Shown in pieces: positions 49,511-56,168 of a DNA stretch of 56,168 nucleotides. Source of the DNA: Octopus bimaculoides (Eukaryota); assembly GCF_001194135.2 (NCBI RefSeq), contig NC_068983.1, positions 158,302,386-158,358,553 on the forward strand. The letters run 5' to 3'. The notes under the pieces are model-generated. The model was given only the letters and a program-made list of their open reading frames with translations, did not search any database and was not told where the DNA came from. Every line of letters starts with the position of its first letter. The first letter of the stretch is position 1. A program made the position numbers and the translations under genes.

Positions 49511-52500
49511 ACCCGTGGGAAATTTTGGAGTGAATTTTAGGATTTATAAGTCCAATATTTTTCTATCCTCCCTTAATACCGGTTTCCATATGCTACTCAT
49601 ATCTGCACTCGGTCTGCTTAGGAGGTTATTATGTCCTAGAATATGTGCTGCTTCTTTTAGTCTTCGTATTTTCCAGTGGTATTCTCTGTCTATTATTTTA
49701 ACTTCATCCCACAGGGGGAGGTGGTCTCCATTTTTCCATACATGATCAGCTATACTCGATTTATCAATATCTCCTCATGTCACAGCTTTGCGATGTTTCT
49801 ATACCCTTATTTTGAGGGGCGGCATGTTTCGCCTATGTATAACCTACCACAGCTGCATGAGATGGAGTACACGCAGTCTTTGGTCATATTCTCTTCTATT
49901 AGTGGTTTTACTCGAAGTAGATATTTGTGAAGTGTTGTATTACTCTTGAATACTGTCCTGATGTCATATGGGCTGCATTTCTTTTCGGAGAGGCCTTTCA
50001 CATAGGGTAGACAGACTGTGGTCAGTTTATGGGTTTCATCCTTTCTTTTCTTCATAATTGGAGTGGATCGTATGTTTTTGCGTTAGTTGTTGCTTAGCTT
50101 GATCATTGTTACTTAACAGATTGTTACTTAGCTTGTAAATAATGTAAAATAATGTACATAATTCCTCATCTCTCAAAAATATAACTGTATTATCTTACAA
50201 ATTTTATTTTTATTAAAAGTTTATAGTTATTTTGTCTTTCTTGAAAAGTGACCTGTTCCCTCAATTAATCATTTATTACAAAATTGAAGCAAAATAGAAG
50301 CAAAATTTAAGATTCCTAGGAGATGGCGGAGAGGGGGGGGATAAAAAATGTTCGAGAACCTCAGTCCTACGATATCTTACTTAAGAATTCCAAAATAATA
50401 TCACTTATTTTACTATACCATTCATTATTTGATTATATTTCGATATTGCACTAATTTCTTTCAATTTTCCAAAGCTGTTACTAAACTGATAAATGATGAT
50501 TTTCTATTTGTACAAATTCTGTCAAGTTTTATATTCTCCACAAATACGAAAATGAATAACTTCGTAGATTTCGGTGTCCTAACTCTGTAACACCATTGCT
50601 TTTCTAAAGAGGTGCGAAAATGGGGCCAGTGAGAGAATAAAGCCAATTCTGACAAACAGTAAGCTTAAATATACTTTTGGACCACTTTACTATATTAGAC
50701 AATATTCTGGTATTATTGGTTCTTTTGTTACGATTAAATGATTCATTATTGTACTTTGTGGTTCCAGTACATCAAATAATCAAACGCTTCAAACTTTATT
50801 TGCATGATTCATTATCAAATACTTGTAAATAAGATTGGCACTAAATCCGTTCTAAATCCTATTTGTGGTTGTTCACGATATTTTCTGAAAATTTTTTTTT
50901 AAATAAGCTAATGTTCAGTCACTGTTCCCGTCATCTTACTTCTCAAACCGGTACTGTTAATTCAATGAGAAAACTGAAATTACCCTGTAAGTACAATTCT
51001 GGTCACATAATGACCGGGAAATATACTGGAAATTCTTTAGTGAATTTTGTTACTTTGGAGTAAAACGAAAATATGTTTTCTGGTCCATTATTTTCTTTCT
51101 TATTTTTCAAATAATGCATTGCTATTTTCGTATATATTAACTATTTATGGATGTACATTGTTAAAAATCCTAAAACTAATGTTGTGAATTTTGTGGGCTT
51201 TGTTTCCGCATAGAATCGTTTAATATATACTCGTTTTCTATAAAACCTGAATAATGAAGTATCCATCTTTTTTTATAATATTCAATTTTCTTTTAACTCT
51301 TCATTTCTTTCTCATAAGGTTTTACTCATCTTGTTCTTTACAGTAGGGCAACTTTAACGGTATTTTTTTCTTCTTTTCTCTGTGAAACTGCATCAAATAC
51401 TCTCAGGGTCATTAGCAAACTGTTTATTCAATATTCACCGTGTACACGTCAGTTTATATTTGAATGTCTCGGACGTGTATTTAAGTTCATATTTCAGGTT
51501 GCACATCCTGTAGCTGAAAGTTTCAAGTTTCTTGTTCCCAATTCACTTACCCATTTAAAATTCCCTTTTAACGTTTTATATCTGTATTCACTGACTTTAT
51601 ATTTCATGAGCTTTTACTTCTTAGCGACATTTTTTTATTCGAGAATCTGACTCGGTTTTGTTAAGATATTTATTGCACATTGCTTGTGTTCATTTAATTT
51701 CGATAATTTTGTAATGCGATCATAATCGCGTATATCAATATGCTTTAACTTTTCTATTTTATGTTATTTTCAATCTCATTTCTAGCTAAAATTTTTAGTG
51801 GTAATATTTATTACTATATCAAGTGTTAGTATGATTTGATCTTTATACTACTTAACTAAATGGTCTTTTTGTCAACTCAGGATTATAAATTTGCTAATTT
51901 CATAGAAAACACCCATCTTTCCTATTCGTATCTTCATTTAGCATAATTCAAATATCGAATGTATCAGATAAGTTGCAGGTTATTTACTATTTTATATTCT
52001 ATCATTATAATCCATTTCTACTGGAATGTTTTGTGTTCGTATTTAGCTATGTTCTATTAGACTTCTGTAATTGTTATGCTTAATATGAGAACAGTTTGCA
52101 TTGTAACGTATAAAGAAGATAAATGTTTATTTATACCAGAACTGGCTGTAGTTAACTGCAAAGAAAATTCAGTTAATAAAACTAATTAATTATTTTATAA
52201 CAGTTAAATTAGCTTTAAAATTCTTAATACAGAAGCCACCAAAACTTTAACAAATTTTATGACGTAGTCAGGCAGGATTTAAACTTGTTTTATCGAGAAT
52301 AAAATTGAGAGATTTGTGGAAATTATACGAGCTGAATATTTCAGGCGAAATGACACTTGACTGACATGCTTAAGTATAATGAACTAATTTGTTTTCTACC
52401 TGATTTTAGCATAATATTAATGGGTCATTGGTGGATCCAATATCTTTTTTTATGTGATTATAATGGTATGCAAGTTCCGTGTAACATTCATTTGTGAATA

Positions 52501-52755
52501 AGAAGAATAGTTATTCGTTTATAATCCTTCAGAGTTTATGTCATTCAACTTTTACATAGAATAAAAGATGTTGAAATAAATTGTAATTATTGAGGAGTTT
52601 CTCACTGCTGTGCTTGGAATGATAGTGTATCTACATTCCTAACAGCACAGAAAATATAATAGCAACAACCTTATTTCATTCTATTTGAGTTTATTTCCCG
52701 TGAGTATAAACGTATCACCAAATTAACATATGGTTGAAATATACTGCCTACAGAC

Positions 52756-52904
52756 CAGTTATGGGCAACCTACGGCCCTCGGAACTTTCTGAATAGCATG
52801 CCTAATGAAAAATTAACTTCAATTTTTTTTTTGCTAGTGTAACCTGCCTGACGATGAGCCATGTCTCATGCAGCCCGCTTCTGGAAAAAGGTTTCCCATG
52901 CCTA
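52756..52904. mobile_element. hAT-type MITE
   Basis: Ends cagttatgggcaacc / ggtttcccatgccta. Putative 8-bp TSD ctacagac / ctaaagat (6/8 match). Confidence 0.6.
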
Positions 52905-53399
52905 CTAAAGATGATACTTAAAACCTAATCTATATGTCTAAAGGCAGTGTAATAACTTTTGAACCGTTTCAACTGTAAGCATGCGGAATCTGCTTTATGA
53001 ACCGAGTTGTACGTGGGGATCCGAAGCTGAAACAAGTTTGTAAATAAACTTAACTTTTTTATGGTTTAGTCAGAAATAGAAGGAAGGTGCCTATGACCCT
53101 CTTCAGGGCACCTGAGATGAGTGAAAGAAGGGAGGTAGTTATCATCAGATCAGAAACAGGGCCCAAATGCTATGAAGACATGTGCTCAAACTGTTCAAAT
53201 TCTTTTCCAACCATAAAATATTGAGAAATTCATTCTTTTATTGTTGCTTTATTCTGTCATTTTCAAGGCTGAATAACCTAGCTATATATCAAAATGTTAT
53301 AACATTCTGAAACCTCATTATAGACCTCATTACAGAGTAGCTTTTAATTCTTTAATATTGTGTTCTAGTGACCTACATTTCACTGAAATGTAGGATTAG

Positions 53400-54180
53400 T
53401 ATTTCAGAAATATGTCACTACTGTGAATTTTTTTAATCACTGTTTGAGTATCTGTTAGGTATGGCAGCATAGCCTTTTCTATAAAGAAATGCCGTTGAAT
53501 CTCTATGTGCTTTAAGTTATATATTTCTTTATTATTTAATAAAAAGAGAACAGAGCCCGTAACCTTTGAATCCCTTCTCAGGCTAACGCGGTCGAAGTGG
53601 TTGATGTTTCTTTTCATCATTTACAGTTTAATATCTGTTAGCATAACATCATCAGGCACAATGTTAAAGAGGACTGTAATTATGGAAAATATATGGCTTA
53701 TACTTTATGAGAAGGTCAGTAATAGCTACGACAGGAATATTGTCTGTCATTAAGAATGTGGCAAGTATATTTTCTGGATTAGCACTTCCTTTTTTTCTGT
53801 GTAGCTTTCAGACAAAAAAGTAAACTCTTAACATTTTCTCATTTTCTCCCGGCATGCCTTGGAAGCTACATCACTGAATACTTTTACTTTTGTGAAATTT
53901 AGTTGGTTTGAGACAAATACACCCAACTCTACTGTTGTTGTTCAAAATAGGAAAGGCTTCGCCGGCCATTGCTACTGTTCTGAACACCAGGCCATATTGG
54001 ATGTTATATTTTAGGGACTTCCGCATTTTAACAGAGGAGGAAGAGAACTCAACTACATTGTTGTTATTCACAGAGACTTACAACATGAAATTGAGGACCT
54101 ACGAAAGCAAATAGGGGACAGAGATACTTGGCATGGTGGGGTGATAAAAATCTCCGTTGTGGCTGCTTGAAGAAGAATCA
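53400..54180 (+). mobile_element. RTE-clade LINE 3' relic
   Basis: GFAGHCYCSEHQAILDVIF*GLPHFNRGGRELNYIVVIHRD...IGDRDTWHG...SVVAA*, then an AAG tail. Confidence 0.7.
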
Positions 54181-54904
54181 AAATTATTGTTATTATTGTT
54201 AATGACAATAAGACATACATGATCTGCCTTCGTGCTTGCCTTATGCTACAACGTATGTTTCAATGACGAGGCATTCATCATAAATATTTGCATATTTCCT
54301 ATCAAAGGCCGACAGACCTAGCAACAACTCATTCTCATAATATATTATACTTTAACATAAAGTTAAGGCTGCAGTATAGAGAGGTTAACCAGATTATATT
54401 TTAGTACACCAATATGTGCATATTGTATTTCATGCCACTAGTCTCAACACCAGATTATGATTTAGAGAGCTGTAATAATATCAAGTTCGTTATAACCATA
54501 AAGACTAAAGAGATAAATGGATTCAATTTGTAAACGTGCAAAGTGATACTTATATTAAAGCAAACGCTTAGGTAATTTATTTAGTAAATGTACTCAAAGT
54601 GAAAGCCCGAATGATGGATATTGGAGATTGCTCGACAAGTAAATACAATAAATCAATGTTTATGGGTTGACTTCGCCTTTTAACCACTGAAATGGATAAG
54701 CCCATCGACTACATTACCTCAATATTTTTCTCGCCTTACTCCTTTTACCTAAAATTAAAATCACAGTATTTAGTACAAGTATAATATAATAATTTTTAAC
54801 TGAAATGATTGAATTCCTGTGCTGAACTTATTACAACTAAAAAAGTTACAGAAAAAAAATTCTCTTTAACATTATTTCTATAAGTTGTCTTTATACAGGA
54901 AGAA

Positions 54905-55073
54905 TAGGAGCTATATATATATATATACACAAATACATATATACATGCATGTATACATACACACGTGTACATGTATTACCTTTATATATATGTACGTGTA
55001 TGCATGAATGTATGTGTGTATCTGTATATATATATATATATATACTTATGTACACACACCCATACACACTCAT

Positions 55074-55113
<40 letters not shown>

Positions 55114-55125
55114 ACACACACAAAT
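54905..55125. repeat. (TA)n/(CA)n compound microsatellite
   Basis: Visible repeats. Confidence 0.9.
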
Positions 55126-56089
55126 GTATGTAAGTATGTATACCATAGATTCGCACATGGATGTACATATTCTAGGTACAACAGCTGATGTCTTAATGTA
55201 AGTTGACTTGTCTGGCTTTTATGTTGGTTTCTCGTTTTTGCTTTCTTTTTGTCAATTTTACTAATGAAAGAACATTCGCAATTGCCACCTCGAAATCTGT
55301 TAATATAATTGAACTTTAATCTTTGGAGTGACAAGAGATAAAACTACAATTGTTACCCCCTCCTTTTTTCTCTTTCTTATTTCCTCAAATCACACAATCT
55401 TACCAAATGTCCCCAATTCTCGTTGTACTGAGCTAAATCATTTTGTGAATTAAAAAAAAAAAATCTCATAAAGGCAACTCCAGCCGTGTTATTTGGTACA
55501 TTTCCTTTGTTTAACAAACAATCTGAAAAGTGATTTGTTCCTTCGTTACGCTCCAGTGTAACTGTTCTCTTTGCTGGTTAATTCACTACCTGCCACATGT
55601 GAATAAGTAGAACATTCAGTCGGCGTTAGAACATAGCAAATATTCTTTTCAAATTCGTTAACATCTCAATAGAAACGTTATGAAACTGCGCGGTTGTTAT
55701 GTTTATTTGAATTGTTTATGCGTCTATGATTATACAGTTTGTTACTTTTCTGGCAGTATGCATCTAAAATGATCAAACTATTGTTCACATTTGGAAACAT
55801 TATAAAAAAAAAAATTAACTGGGTGTAAAATTCTCCAAATATTTTAGTGTCGAGCTTTCATAAGGAATGATATAGGGATTTATAGCATTCTTGTTTATTT
55901 CCAAGAGAGTGTGCAAGTTAGGTGAAGCGATTCCAAATGGGAATCAGTGTTGAGTTCTGGAGATCTGGTATTTCAACTGCTAACTTATGCAATTTTAAGG
56001 AACTGACAATTCTTTGTGTATAAAGTGCTTAAACTTTCAGTAAAAATGTTAAAGTAAAAATTGCATAACATAGAAGGCGTTGAAATGGA

Positions 56090-56092
56090 TAC

Positions 56093-56168
<76 letters not shown>
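56090..56168. repeat. (TA)n-(TG)n microsatellite
   Basis: Visible repeats at the window end. Confidence 0.95.

Larger units (their letters stand above)
49205..50185 (-). mobile_element. Penelope-like element 3' part: GIY-YIG endonuclease plus pseudo-LTR
   Basis: LPYVKGLSEK...CVYSISCSCGRLYIGET...DEVKIIDRE..WKIRRLKEA matches the PLE endonuclease. Confidence 0.85.

Noticed and set aside
50560-50660. Exon-like segment on either strand
   Set aside because: Plausible splice sites exist on both strands, with conflicting short frames and no homology.
53550-53720. Exon-like hydrophobic ORF with strong AAG|gtcagt donor
   Set aside because: It lies inside the decayed RTE LINE, whose C-terminal motifs follow in other frames.
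1-56168. CRISPR array, prokaryotic operon or defence system
   Set aside because: There are no regularly spaced repeats with unique spacers, and coding density is very low. The repeats are eukaryotic SINEs and microsatellites.

Overview
AT-rich, gapped eukaryotic genomic DNA, not prokaryotic. The extreme microsatellite load ((CA)n, (TATG)n, (TAA)n, (GAT)n, (TCTA)n) and the recurring tRNA-derived SINE families point to an octopus genome; this is an inference, not a database result. Almost every ORF in the supplied track is a microsatellite or N-gap artefact, or a decayed transposon. No host gene could be identified by homology; I found only low-confidence candidate exons. The window is a layered transposon graveyard. 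It holds several R4/Dong-type RLE retrotransposon relics tied to (TAA)n arrays, including an internally deleted derivative and a split copy containing nested mariner, foldback/tRNA-like and Tx1/L1 sequences. It also holds HERO-like, RTE, CR1-like and Penelope relics, two hAT transposase relics, a Chapaev3-like 5' end fused to one hAT, MITEs and many SINEs. The most interesting leads are a tRNA-type Pol III promoter upstream of a minimal hammerhead ribozyme in a Penelope repeat, a group of (TAA)n-targeting non-autonomous retroposons, a tRNA-Thr-like sequence inside nested inverted repeats, a 166-bp spacerless palindrome, and the Chapaev3-hAT chimera. Family assignments come from motif recognition by eye. 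TE and SINE boundaries are approximate (about +/-20-50 bp) unless stated.
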